This document shows positions 8,672-18,290 of a DNA stretch of 64,000 nucleotides, piece after piece (position 1 is the first letter of the stretch; each line of letters opens with the position of its first letter). The stretch lies in contig CP066688.1 of NCBI GenBank assembly GCA_016432425.1, positions 726,647 through 790,646 of the forward strand. Direction: 5' to 3'. Origin of the DNA: Candidatus Daviesbacteria bacterium (lineage in GTDB: Bacteria; Patescibacteriota; Microgenomatia; Daviesbacterales; UBA10151). A model generated the notes under the pieces. It saw only the letters and a program-made list of their open reading frames with translations. It made no database searches and was not told the origin of the DNA. Both the position numbers and the translations under genes were made by a program.

Positions 8672-10144
8672 TTGAATATGATTCTAAATAGTAAAAATAG
8701 GAGTGAGGCAAAAAAGTATTTTGAACAGGTAATAGATATGGGTTTGGACTTCAAACTTCAGGATAAGGTGACACCAAAACATTTATCCATTAAGGAAGGG
8801 AAAAAACTCCTGATAGACTTTCCAGAGAATGGAGTTTCCATAGATGATATCTTGAAGGAATTTTCAGAGAAGGTTCTTCCTTATTGTACAAACTTCAGTA
8901 GCCCAAATTTTATGGGTTTTCCGGATGCAGGAAATTCAGTGGCAGCTATATCCGCAGGCTTGCTATATAACATGTTGCAACAAAACCTTATCAATCAAAG
9001 TTTTTGTGGTCCTTCTGCAACCTTTGTGGAGATAGCAGTGATCAAATGGCTCAGAGAAGTAGTGGGTTACAAAAATGGGGAAATAAACGATATTTGGGAT
9101 GTGGGTGGAATAATCACTCCTGGAGGAACGTCTAGTAATACTATAGGTATAATATTAGCTAGAGAAAACAGGTTCCCTGATGCAATGAATAAAGGTGTGG
9201 AAGATTTGGACAAGGCATGGTTGGTAGTACCGAAAGGGATAGGTCATTACAGCGTAAAGAGTGGACAAATGTGGGCTGGATGTGGGAACAGGTTAATTGA
9301 GGTAGAAACCAAAGATTTCCGTTATGATCTAGACGAGCTTAAAAAGACACTTGAGATAAATAAAGGGAAGGTGATGTGTGTAGTGGCATACGCTGGGGAT
9401 AGTAGGACGATGACCGTAGATAATTTTACCAAGGTGGTTAAGATTGTCAAAGCCGTTGATCCAACTATTTGGTTACATGCAGATGCATGCCATGGGTTTT
9501 CTTTGGGATTTAGTCCTAAATTGAAGCATAAAATCAAAGGAATTGAACTATTTGATAGTATAACCATGGATCCACATAAGGTGATGATGACTCCGTATGT
9601 AATAAGTGTCCTTTTAGTCAAAAACCCTCAGAAATTCAAAACTATTACAAGCATGTCCGATTTGATAATGCAAGAACAATTTGCCTTCGGACAAATTACA
9701 CCTTTTTTGGGTAGTCGGCCTTGGTTATCGTTAAAACTGTGGTTTGTGATGAAAAATCTGGGCAAAAAAGGGTTCGCTCAATTAATAGAAAGACGTCATA
9801 AATTAGCCCAATATTTAGCCAGTAAACTTGAGAGGGATTCAGATTTTATACTGCTTAATAAGGTGGAGATAAATTCAGTGGCATTTATGTACCGCAAAGG
9901 TATTGATTTACAAGACATTGAGAGATTGAACAAAGTAAACAAGAAAATACACAATGATATCATCGAAGAGGGTTTGTACCATTTACATCAATTCAGCGTC
10001 CCGGATTCAGGGAAGCTTAAAAAGGGCGAGATAGTATACCCACAAAGGTATATGGCAGGAAATCCGAACATTTCGGAAGTAGATATCGATAAAATGCTGG
10101 AATATGTTAGAAGAATAGGAGAAAATGCAGTAAAAGAGCCATAA
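8672..10144 (+). CDS. Group II PLP-dependent amino-acid decarboxylase
   Basis: PGGTSSN, HYSV, WLHADACHG, DSITMDPHK(PLP), SRPWLSLKLW. Confidence 0.9.
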   Translation: MNMILNSKNRSEAKKYFEQVIDMGLDFKLQDKVTPKHLSIKEGKKLLIDFPENGVSIDDILKEFSEKVLPYCTNFSSPNFMGFPDAGNSVAAISAGLLYNMLQQNLINQSFCGPSATFVEIAVIKWLREVVGYKNGEINDIWDVGGIITPGGTSSNTIGIILARENRFPDAMNKGVEDLDKAWLVVPKGIGHYSVKSGQMWAGCGNRLIEVETKDFRYDLDELKKTLEINKGKVMCVVAYAGDSRTMTVDNFTKVVKIVKAVDPTIWLHADACHGFSLGFSPKLKHKIKGIELFDSITMDPHKVMMTPYVISVLLVKNPQKFKTITSMSDLIMQEQFAFGQITPFLGSRPWLSLKLWFVMKNLGKKGFAQLIERRHKLAQYLASKLERDSDFILLNKVEINSVAFMYRKGIDLQDIERLNKVNKKIHNDIIEEGLYHLHQFSVPDSGKLKKGEIVYPQRYMAGNPNISEVDIDKMLEYVRRIGENAVKEP

Positions 10145-10875
10145 TGGGTAATGATGAACTGGTTGGGCAAATAAAAGCACATTTAGAAAAAGTGTTTGGT
10201 CAAAGAAAATATTTCGCTCTAATATATGGATCTTTCGCCAATGGTATGCGTAATGTCGGTTCAGATGTGGATTTGTGTGTGATAACAGAGGAATTCTCAA
10301 TGAAGGAATTAGCGGCTTTAATACGATTTATTTTAGACTTACATAGCAGAAATAAGCTGAAAGTGGATAACGAAGTACCTTTCGAGAACAAATTGATGGC
10401 CAGTTACCAAGATGCAGAAGACGCCTCATATATGACTGGTTTTGAAGTAAGGCATGAACAGATAATAATTCCCCCGGTAGAAAAAAGTAAAAATTTTTTG
10501 GAATCCAGAGCTGTAAAATTAAGATTAATCTTGAATGCTTTAACTTCACCCCACATAAAGATGGGTAATGACTTGGAAACTTATAAGAAATTTAAAGCTT
10601 TAGCAGAGAAGAATACATTACTTTTGGCGATATCTTTGAGCTTCTCAGACAGTTTTGAGTTAGACAAACTACTACAAAGTTTAATGATCGGCAGGAGAGG
10701 AGAAGAGGGAGAAATGTACCTGGGGTATAAACAATATCCATCGGTGCAAGTATATATGAAAACATGGTTACAAAAACAGGGTGGTAAGTTAGCAAAAATT
10801 AACAAAAAAAACGAGTGGAAGAAGTTAGTTAAAGAGGCTAAAAGAAGATCAGTTATAGTTCAATCTATGAACTAA
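10144..10875 (+). CDS. Pol-beta superfamily nucleotidyltransferase domain protein
   Basis: YGSFANG...SDVD motif; TAATG overlap with the decarboxylase stop. Confidence 0.75.
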   Translation: MGNDELVGQIKAHLEKVFGQRKYFALIYGSFANGMRNVGSDVDLCVITEEFSMKELAALIRFILDLHSRNKLKVDNEVPFENKLMASYQDAEDASYMTGFEVRHEQIIIPPVEKSKNFLESRAVKLRLILNALTSPHIKMGNDLETYKKFKALAEKNTLLLAISLSFSDSFELDKLLQSLMIGRRGEEGEMYLGYKQYPSVQVYMKTWLQKQGGKLAKINKKNEWKKLVKEAKRRSVIVQSMN

Positions 10876-10944
10876 TTTTTAAAAAAGCTGCTACAAGAAT
10901 TAAGTTTCTAAATACATACTTATACATTTTTTAGTCCTAAAGCA

Positions 10945-11064
10945 TAAGCAGAGCTTGATACTTCGTATTAAGCAGAGCTTGATTTCTAGCAAGCTCGAAA
11001 TTAGACTAAATCAGGTAATAGACCGTCAGATAAGCAGAGCTTGTCTTCGAATAAGCAAAGCTTT
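10945..11064 (+). repeat. Cluster of TAAGCAGAGCTTG mini-hairpin repeats
   Basis: Exact copies at 10945, 10969, 11031 and a variant at 11052; the same motif occurs at 30615, 30642, 30669. Confidence 0.85.
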
Positions 11065-11087
11065 CCTTTTTCTGATGAAAAACGTAG

Positions 11088-11222
11088 GAACAATCTGATA
11101 AACTCTGGCAGTCTGGCTAAGACCTCGTCAGAAGCTCCAGACCGGATACCCTCGTCCGAAAAGTGACGAATAGCTTGATACAGCGGGCTAATCTTAGGGT
11201 TTAAGTTTAACATCTTTGTTCC
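11088..11222 (+). ncRNA. Putative structured non-coding RNA, family unknown
   Basis: Nested stems ggaacaa/ttgttcc, taaactctgg/ttagggttta, gtctgg/ccagac, tcgtc/gacga, tagcttg/cgggcta; G-U pairs favour the plus strand. Confidence 0.4.
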
Positions 11223-11270
11223 AAATCTTCGAGCCTAAATCTTTAACTAAGAGATCGGATTCACACCCTT

Positions 11271-11711
11271 TTATCTTAAACTAATTGAAAGACTACCTAA
11301 AGATATAATTACCTGTGTTGCGACCCCCCAGAAGGATGAAGTTTCTCTCTGGATGGCACAGTGCCAATCATAATACCCCTTGAATAGTTTATTCTTTAAA
11401 GAAGGTTTCCAAATCATACCAATACTATCAAAGTCAGGTATATTTGCTGCAAAAGCTGTAAGCCAAACAGTATTAGCTGTAATTTGACTATGAGTACTAA
11501 TGATATTTACTAAGAAAACTGCTAGCGTTATATCTATGGGAAGTCTTATCCACGTTTTGTATGTGATTTTATAAGGATAAAGGATCTCTTGCCAATGAGG
11601 AATAGAGTCTAAAATGAAGTGACTACCAATCGCCAGAGGAATTGAAAGAGCAGGGTTTGGCACCAAGACTGCTATTGTGGCCCCAACTAAAGAATGTGGT
11701 GTTGTTAGCAT
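11271..11711 (-). CDS. Membrane-bound metal-dependent hydrolase-like protein (YdjM-like)
   Basis: N-terminal His, SHFILDSIPH, PDFD motifs among TM helices. Confidence 0.55.
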   Translation of the reverse strand: MLTTPHSLVGATIAVLVPNPALSIPLAIGSHFILDSIPHWQEILYPYKITYKTWIRLPIDITLAVFLVNIISTHSQITANTVWLTAFAANIPDFDSIGMIWKPSLKNKLFKGYYDWHCAIQRETSSFWGVATQVIISLGSLSISLR

Positions 11712-11825
11712 GTGATCAATTATCTCACTTTTCCCCTTCCATAGCGCGATAATCTTTCATCAGCTTGTTAAAATGGATGAGGACCTGATCCAAAACGGGC
11801 GCTAAATAAGAATCGTCCCCCGTTC

Positions 11826-13139
11826 TTAAAAACCATTAATTAAAACCACCGGCTCCGGGTGTTTATTGGAAGGGTCGCTGTGGCCACTACCTAAAATTTC
11901 TGCTAAAGCCTTCAGGCTGTCCCTGACCTGGGTCCAAGTAGCTCCCGGGTTTGATTTTAAATACAGGGCTGCAGTTCCAGCTACATGAGGTGAGGCCATG
12001 CTGGTTCCGCTGATGGATTTATATCTACCTCCTACCCAGGTGGAATTAATGCTCACTCCCGGCGCTGCCAAATCTACCACAGATCCAAAGTTAGAAAAGC
12101 TGGCAAAAGTATCATCTGCCCCGTAAGTGGTGGCAGAGCCCAAACCTCCAGCCAAACCATCTGAATCACTCAAAGCAGAAACTGTGATGAGAGCATCATC
12201 ATAAGCAGCAGGCACCATCAAACCGGCATCCTGGTTGCTGTTGCCTGCAGCTGCCACATAGGTTATCCCTGCCGAGGCAGACCTGCAGATAGCCTGATGT
12301 AGAGCATCCTGATTTGAGCTGCCGCAGTTATTATCACTTTGTCCGCCTCCTCCCAGGCTCATATTGGCAACTTTAATATTAAACTTAGAGGCATTTTGGG
12401 TCACCCAGTCAATGCCGCAAATTACCGAAGACCAGGTTCCACTGCCACGGGAGTCTAAAACTTTAACTGCCATCAGTTTGGCCTGAGGGGCTACCCCTAC
12501 CACTCCCAGATTATTTTGCAGGGCAGCAATTGTCCCGGCCACATGGGTGCCGTGGCCGTTATCGTCATCACCTTTTCTTAATGGTCTGATGCAGTTCACA
12601 TTGGCCAAAATATTGCCTGCCAAATCCGGATGGTCCAGGTCAATACCGGTATCAATGACTGCCACCCCGATACCATCACCATAATTATTAAGCTGGATGC
12701 CGTTAATTCTTCTGATGCCGGTAGGAGTGGATTGGACAGCAGTTGTGCGGTGACTTAAGGCAAAAACTTTTTTATCCTGGGAGATAAATTTTACCCTGGA
12801 ATCCTGTCTGATCTGCTCAATTTTTTGATCAGTAATATTGGCTGAGAAACCTTTAAGGGGCTTTGAGTATTTATGTTTAATGCTGATTTGGTGCTGGCCT
12901 TGAAGCTGATCAGCCACCTCAGCAGGATTTTGTACCTCATCTTTGAACACCACAATATACTCGCCCGGGATATTCACAGAAATATTTCCTTCTTGAATTT
13001 TTGATTCTCCCAAGTTCCCCTCAGCGCTGTTGTTTGAGGTATTAAGGTTAAGATTAATATTGGTCTCAGTAGCTAAAATTGGCGCAGCAAGGAAAAGATA
13101 GAGGAAGGAAGCAAAAAGCAGCAGAGCAGTCTTAAACAT
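11826..13139 (-). CDS. Secreted subtilisin-family (S8) serine protease with I9 propeptide
   Basis: Signal peptide; YIVVFK propeptide; triad motifs VIDTG, HGTHVAG, GTSMASPHVAG. Confidence 0.95.
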   Translation of the reverse strand: MFKTALLLFASFLYLFLAAPILATETNINLNLNTSNNSAEGNLGESKIQEGNISVNIPGEYIVVFKDEVQNPAEVADQLQGQHQISIKHKYSKPLKGFSANITDQKIEQIRQDSRVKFISQDKKVFALSHRTTAVQSTPTGIRRINGIQLNNYGDGIGVAVIDTGIDLDHPDLAGNILANVNCIRPLRKGDDDNGHGTHVAGTIAALQNNLGVVGVAPQAKLMAVKVLDSRGSGTWSSVICGIDWVTQNASKFNIKVANMSLGGGGQSDNNCGSSNQDALHQAICRSASAGITYVAAAGNSNQDAGLMVPAAYDDALITVSALSDSDGLAGGLGSATTYGADDTFASFSNFGSVVDLAAPGVSINSTWVGGRYKSISGTSMASPHVAGTAALYLKSNPGATWTQVRDSLKALAEILGSGHSDPSNKHPEPVVLINGF

Positions 13140-13225
13140 GTTGATTTCTGTATTATACCATTTATTACAAATCCCTTACTTGATTTAAATATGTTCTTTT
13201 ACTCATTCAAGGTAATGTTAAATAA

Positions 13226-13831
13226 ATGTTTATTTCCAAGTTAAACTTAAAAGAGCCGGGAGCAACTTACCTGCCGATTTTTAATGCAAATGCATTATTT
13301 AAAAAAATCTTAATTGCGGCACTAATTATTGCAATTTTGGGGGGAGCAGGTTATCTGGTTAGTAGATTTTACGACACAGGATCTCAAAACGCTTCTCCAT
13401 CTTCATCCTCAGTCAAATCCCAGAGGATTTCTTTGTCCGAGAGTTTCGAAATCCCAACCGGGCTGGAGGGGAAAGATGCAGGAGCCCCTCTTAAGGTTAG
13501 TTTTCAGCGGGCCCAACTTGCCAACCGCATCTTCATCTCCGGTAAACCGGTGATGGCCAAAGATGGCACCAAATTCTTAATGCTAAACTTCCTTTTGGAA
13601 AACAGTAACAGCAAGGCTTTAAATGTTAAAACTACTGATTTGATCAGACTGATTGACCAAAACGGCAAGAAGTTTGCCCCCAGCTATTTTAATAAAGGAA
13701 AACCTTTGGCTGCTGACTCAACCAAAAAAGATACCTTAGGGTTTTTGGTACCTGACAATATTAAGGAGTTTAAGATTCAATATGGCACTATTGACGGCCC
13801 CAAAAAACTACTGGAGCTAAAATTTAACTGA
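13226..13831 (+). CDS. Membrane-anchored DUF4352-like Ig-fold protein
   Basis: Single TM, Ser-rich linker, beta-rich domain (KFLMLNFLLEN, LIDQNGKKF, LGFLVP). Confidence 0.6.
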   Translation: MFISKLNLKEPGATYLPIFNANALFKKILIAALIIAILGGAGYLVSRFYDTGSQNASPSSSSVKSQRISLSESFEIPTGLEGKDAGAPLKVSFQRAQLANRIFISGKPVMAKDGTKFLMLNFLLENSNSKALNVKTTDLIRLIDQNGKKFAPSYFNKGKPLAADSTKKDTLGFLVPDNIKEFKIQYGTIDGPKKLLELKFN

Positions 13832-13923
13832 CACTTCAATTTCACTTAAGTGCTATAGAAAATTATTACCGAACTCTTACTACAACATTATTACTTTTTA
13901 AACAGCAGACTTTAATATAGTAA

Positions 13924-14111
13924 AAGCTATGAGTTATACGGTTATCTGTTCGTCATAGCTTAAGTTGCCAGCGGAGGCTGTCCTATTTAATCAAAGTAGG
14001 GCAACCTCCGCTTCAAAATCACCAAACTACAGGTGATGGCGGACTTGGGTCTTAAAACGCTTCCCTCTTTAAAAGACTTGAGATTTTTAAGTGGAAGGAG
14101 GTGATTTATAG
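13924..14111 (+). promoter_or_regulatory. Long structured 5' leader with strong SD
   Basis: Stems aagctatga/tcatagctt, agcggagg/cctccgct, atcacc/ggtgat, aagttgcc/ggcggactt; SD GGAGGTGA before ATG 14112. Confidence 0.5.
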
Positions 14112-15752
14112 ATGTTAAAAAAATGGCAAAAGATTCCAGCAGCTATAGCTATGGGAGCAGCCACTCTGGCATTTGCTTTAACCCCAGTTTTAGCTGTTGA
14201 TGTAACTAGCACTAATGAGATGACTGGCTCAGGATCTACCAATACTACCACGACCGATGTCACCAATACCCAGACTGTGACTAATGATAATACCTCAGTA
14301 GTCACCAATACCTTTACTATCACTGCCACAACCGGCGGTAATAGCGCCTCGGACAATACCGGGGATGGGGAGGTTGGCAGCGGTGATGCAGCAAGTAGTG
14401 TCACTTCTGATACAACCAGTAATGTAAACACTACTGATTTGTCAACAGCAGGTACTATGTCGGTAGATTCCGCCAATTCAGTGACCGGTTCTTCCTCCAC
14501 TAATACAACTGACGTAACAGTGACCAACGATGCAACGGTGGTTAACACCAATGATCTGGAAGTCACTAATACGCTGGATTTGTTATCAGACACCGGAGGA
14601 AATACTGCAGATAGCAACACTGGTAATGGCACTGCCTCCAGCGGCGACGCATCTGCAAATGGGGATGTTTCTACAACCGGCAATATCAATGATACCACCG
14701 TATCAATGGCAGCTGATCCGATTGATGTCTCAAACGACACCACCGGATTTGACTCCTTAAATACTGTCTTGGTTGATGTCAGCAATACTGTGACTGTCAT
14801 TAATGATAATGCACCAATAGTGCCTACTACGATCACCAATGATATGAGTTTAACCTCACTCAGCGGTGGCAACAGCGCTGATGGCAATACCGGAGACGGT
14901 AGCGTTGATGGCGGTGGTGCGGATACAACAGTCAGCCTGGCAACAGATGTTAATTCCAACATGGTAGATATTGGGGCAGGAGGAGATTTGGATATTAATA
15001 TGTCCAATGACACTACCGGCTCAAGCTCAACCAACAGCATGGATGCATCTGTGACCAATGATCTGACTGTGGTTAACACCAATGATGCAGATATCCTAAA
15101 TGATATCAGTATGCTCTCTGATACGGGCGGAAATTCCGCATCAGGTAATACCGAGGATGGGTCTGTAGACAGTGGTAATGCCGGGTTAATGGCAGATGTG
15201 GCAACCACAGCCAATTCCAATGACGTGGATACCGGCGGAGCCTTTGGCGATATAGACGCCATGCTATCCAATAGCGTAACGGGCTCTTCATCAGACAACA
15301 CCATCGATTTGAGCGTTGACAACACCAATACTGTCTTAAATGACAATGTGGTGGATGTTGACAATTTGCTGGATATTATCGGATTGACCGGTGATAACAG
15401 CGCCGATGCCAACACCGGCGACGGTTCTGCCTCCAGCGGTGATGTGGATGTGGAAGCTGAGGTCACAACAGATGTCAACTTCAATACCACAGATGATATG
15501 GCAGCTGGGGACGTGGACGTGGATGAAGAAAATACCATGACCGGTTCCGGCTCAACCAATGACATCACGGATACGATTACCAATACCTTAACTCTGGTAA
15601 ATGACAATGATTCCGACGTCTTAAATGACGCCACCGGAACATTGGACACCGGCGGAAATAGCGCCGATGGCAACACTGGGGACGGTGAGGTGGCAACCGG
15701 GGATGTTGATTTGGAGTTAGACTTCACTACTAATGAAAACATGAACATGTAG
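14112..15752 (+). CDS. Secreted acidic Asn/Thr/Asp/Gly repeat protein (6 repeats), putative major fibre subunit
   Basis: Signal peptide ending in VLA; six TGGNSAxxNTGDG-centred repeats; strong SD. Confidence 0.85.
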   Translation: MLKKWQKIPAAIAMGAATLAFALTPVLAVDVTSTNEMTGSGSTNTTTTDVTNTQTVTNDNTSVVTNTFTITATTGGNSASDNTGDGEVGSGDAASSVTSDTTSNVNTTDLSTAGTMSVDSANSVTGSSSTNTTDVTVTNDATVVNTNDLEVTNTLDLLSDTGGNTADSNTGNGTASSGDASANGDVSTTGNINDTTVSMAADPIDVSNDTTGFDSLNTVLVDVSNTVTVINDNAPIVPTTITNDMSLTSLSGGNSADGNTGDGSVDGGGADTTVSLATDVNSNMVDIGAGGDLDINMSNDTTGSSSTNSMDASVTNDLTVVNTNDADILNDISMLSDTGGNSASGNTEDGSVDSGNAGLMADVATTANSNDVDTGGAFGDIDAMLSNSVTGSSSDNTIDLSVDNTNTVLNDNVVDVDNLLDIIGLTGDNSADANTGDGSASSGDVDVEAEVTTDVNFNTTDDMAAGDVDVDEENTMTGSGSTNDITDTITNTLTLVNDNDSDVLNDATGTLDTGGNSADGNTGDGEVATGDVDLELDFTTNENMNM

Positions 15753-15759
15753 TGAAGAT

Positions 15760-15796
15760 TTCCCAAGGGGGTTTGTGGAAGCCAAACCCCCAGGGA
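15760..15796 (+). terminator. Intra-operon GC-rich stem-loop
   Basis: ttccc-aa-gggggtttg/caaaccccc-a-gggaa with no U tract; probable mRNA stabiliser or attenuator. Confidence 0.55.
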
Positions 15797-15836
15797 ATAA
15801 ATATTCTTCGAGCGAAGCGGGAAGTTACTTAAAATT

Positions 15837-18290
15837 ATGAATAAATTAGCTGTAAACTTTACTGCCTTAATATTAATAATTAGTCTAGGTTTAAATGGGC
15901 CTGTCGGGTTAGTATTGGCTCAAGAAGCTACTCCTAGTGCGGAAAGTTCCACTACCGAAAATTCCACCACCGGCGCTAATTCCACCAACACTGCCACTGC
16001 AACTGTAGACCAAACTTCTACCACCACTAACACCAATGATGCCATTGCCGTTAACACTACTGATGCACTTTCTGCCTCCGGGGATAATGCAGCTTTAGAT
16101 AACACGGGTGATGCTTCAATCACCACCAACACTGCTGCAACCTCTGCTACTACCTCAACTGAAACTAACCAAACTATTTGGGAACCAATGCCCTGGACTA
16201 CTTGGACAGGTGAGGGTGACTGGCAGACCAGAGCAGAAAACTCCACCACCGGTGCTGACTCTACCAACACCGCCACAACTAGTGTTTCACAAACAGATAC
16301 CCTAACCAACACCAACACTGCTGATGTGACAAACAGCGCTACTACTACTTCTTTAACAGGCGCAAATGTTGCCTCGGATAATACCGGCTCAGCCACTATC
16401 AGCACCGGGAATGCCTCCACCACCACCGCTACTCAAACTACTGCTAATACTAACATTGTTTCCTGGACAGGTGAGGGTGACTGGAGCAATCTGTGGAACG
16501 GTGAGGCAGTTAATTTTCTGACCGGTGCTAACTCCACCAATACTTCAAGTGTAGATTTTACTAAAGTGCTGGATGTTTTAAATGAAAACGGGGTGAATGT
16601 GGATAATTTGATTGCCTCCTTTGCCACCAGTGGAGATAATATTGCCTCGGATAATACCGGAAATGCCACTATTACTACCGGTAGCGCCTTAGTCCTTTCC
16701 ACTTTATTTAATCTGGTTAATACTAATATTTTTGGTACTGATATTATGGAGATTCTATACCAGGATATCTTCGGCACCTTTTCCGGAAATATTGACCTAT
16801 CTTTCGGCAACTTATTTTCTTTGCCCAACTTAATCTCCCAGCCTTTAACCCTAAATTCCAGCAACGATACCACTGGTTTTAACTCGGATAATACAGCCAC
16901 TACTGTAGGCAGTTTCACTGTGGATATCACTAATGATAATAGCGGTGTATTAAATAATGCCCTAGATTTATTTGCCATAACCGGCTCCAACACTGCCTCG
17001 GATAATACCGGAAACGTGCTAGTGGAGACAGGAAATGCGGAGGTTATGGTTAACTTAGTCAATTTCCTAAATACTAATATCTCCACCAATGAGCTTTACC
17101 TGGGGGTAATTAATGTCTTTGGGGACTGGACCGGGAATTTGATACTGCCTGAATATAATGGGGTAACCAGTAGTTCCCCGCTACCGCTACTTTCATCAAC
17201 AAAAAATATCCAAACAGGTGCTACTTCAGATAATACTGCTACTATGACCACAGATAACATTTTGACTGTAGATAATACTAACAATGCTACTGTTGATAAC
17301 GTATTCAACTTATTTGCTGAAACAGGAGGTAATAGCGCCTCTGATAATACTTTATCAGCCAGTGTTACCACCGGTTTGTCCCAAGTGGAAGCCAACCAGG
17401 CTACCTTTGCCAATACTAACGTGGTAAGTAATGCTCCCTGGTGGTTAGTTATAATTAACAATTTAGGCACTTGGGTACCGGTACTACTGCCTCCTTTAAA
17501 CATCGGGACACAGCTGGTTTTGGATTTAGATGATTTGGGAATGAATATTCCCAGCAGCAGTGAAACTTTAGATTTAACTGCCGCTAATAATCTTACCGGT
17601 AGTTTATCCAGCAATGAGGCAAGTGTCACTTTGAATTCTGAGACTAATATTACCAATACTAATGTGGGAACAATTATTAATGATGTTAGCGCTTTAGCTT
17701 CAACAGGAGGCAATGAGGCTAGTAGAAATACCGGATCGGCCACAATTGCCAGTGGTAATGCTTCTATCTTGGTTAATACTTTAAACTTTCTCAATACTAA
17801 TGTAATAGCACCCTCGATACTAATATCAATAGTTAATGTTTTCGGCAGCTGGATGGGAGATGTTTTAAGCTTTGGAACACAAGCACCTCTTCCGGCCGTT
17901 TCTGCCCCCGACCAGCCTATTGCCCAGGCAGAAAACTCGGGAAATATCACCAATGCTCCAGCCAGTCCTTCCAACCCCACCACATCTTCCGAGACAAATT
18001 CATCCCAGAGTTCACCAAGTGTAAATTTTAGTTCTGCCGCACCCCTTTCATCCGTGTCTAATAACCAAAGTACCACCCCTCCCAACTTTAATACCCAAAG
18101 CAATATTCAAAACCAAGAAGGCGAAGTTTTGGCATTTTATGAGGAAAAAGGTGGTGGGGACGGAGGATTCCCCTCTCAAGTAAATGAGGAAACACCGGAT
18201 ACAAAAGGAACTCTTATCCTGATGCTAATTGCCCTGACAGCTGTTTTGTTCATCTTAACAAGAGTTAGCAGAATAATTTCACGAAAATGA
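15837..18290 (+). CDS. Secreted repeat paralogue (6 repeats) with Ser/Pro linker and C-terminal membrane anchor
   Basis: Signal peptide; TGxNxASDNTG repeats; C-terminal TLILMLIALTAVLFILT plus basic tail. Confidence 0.85.
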   Translation: MNKLAVNFTALILIISLGLNGPVGLVLAQEATPSAESSTTENSTTGANSTNTATATVDQTSTTTNTNDAIAVNTTDALSASGDNAALDNTGDASITTNTAATSATTSTETNQTIWEPMPWTTWTGEGDWQTRAENSTTGADSTNTATTSVSQTDTLTNTNTADVTNSATTTSLTGANVASDNTGSATISTGNASTTTATQTTANTNIVSWTGEGDWSNLWNGEAVNFLTGANSTNTSSVDFTKVLDVLNENGVNVDNLIASFATSGDNIASDNTGNATITTGSALVLSTLFNLVNTNIFGTDIMEILYQDIFGTFSGNIDLSFGNLFSLPNLISQPLTLNSSNDTTGFNSDNTATTVGSFTVDITNDNSGVLNNALDLFAITGSNTASDNTGNVLVETGNAEVMVNLVNFLNTNISTNELYLGVINVFGDWTGNLILPEYNGVTSSSPLPLLSSTKNIQTGATSDNTATMTTDNILTVDNTNNATVDNVFNLFAETGGNSASDNTLSASVTTGLSQVEANQATFANTNVVSNAPWWLVIINNLGTWVPVLLPPLNIGTQLVLDLDDLGMNIPSSSETLDLTAANNLTGSLSSNEASVTLNSETNITNTNVGTIINDVSALASTGGNEASRNTGSATIASGNASILVNTLNFLNTNVIAPSILISIVNVFGSWMGDVLSFGTQAPLPAVSAPDQPIAQAENSGNITNAPASPSNPTTSSETNSSQSSPSVNFSSAAPLSSVSNNQSTTPPNFNTQSNIQNQEGEVLAFYEEKGGGDGGFPSQVNEETPDTKGTLILMLIALTAVLFILTRVSRIISRK

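Noticed and set aside
10945-11064. Possible CRISPR mini-array
   Set aside because: The repeat is only 13 bp with irregular 8-49 nt gaps; it looks REP-like.
11001-11213. 70-aa ORF, or tmRNA/RNase P/hammerhead identity for this region
   Set aside because: The ORF runs through hairpin repeats. No tRNA-like ends, RNase P P4 motifs or complete hammerhead core were found.
11755-11795. Fluoride riboswitch suggested by GCTGATGA on the minus strand
   Set aside because: The 5' GGYGAUGG...RCC element and the pseudoknot complement are missing.
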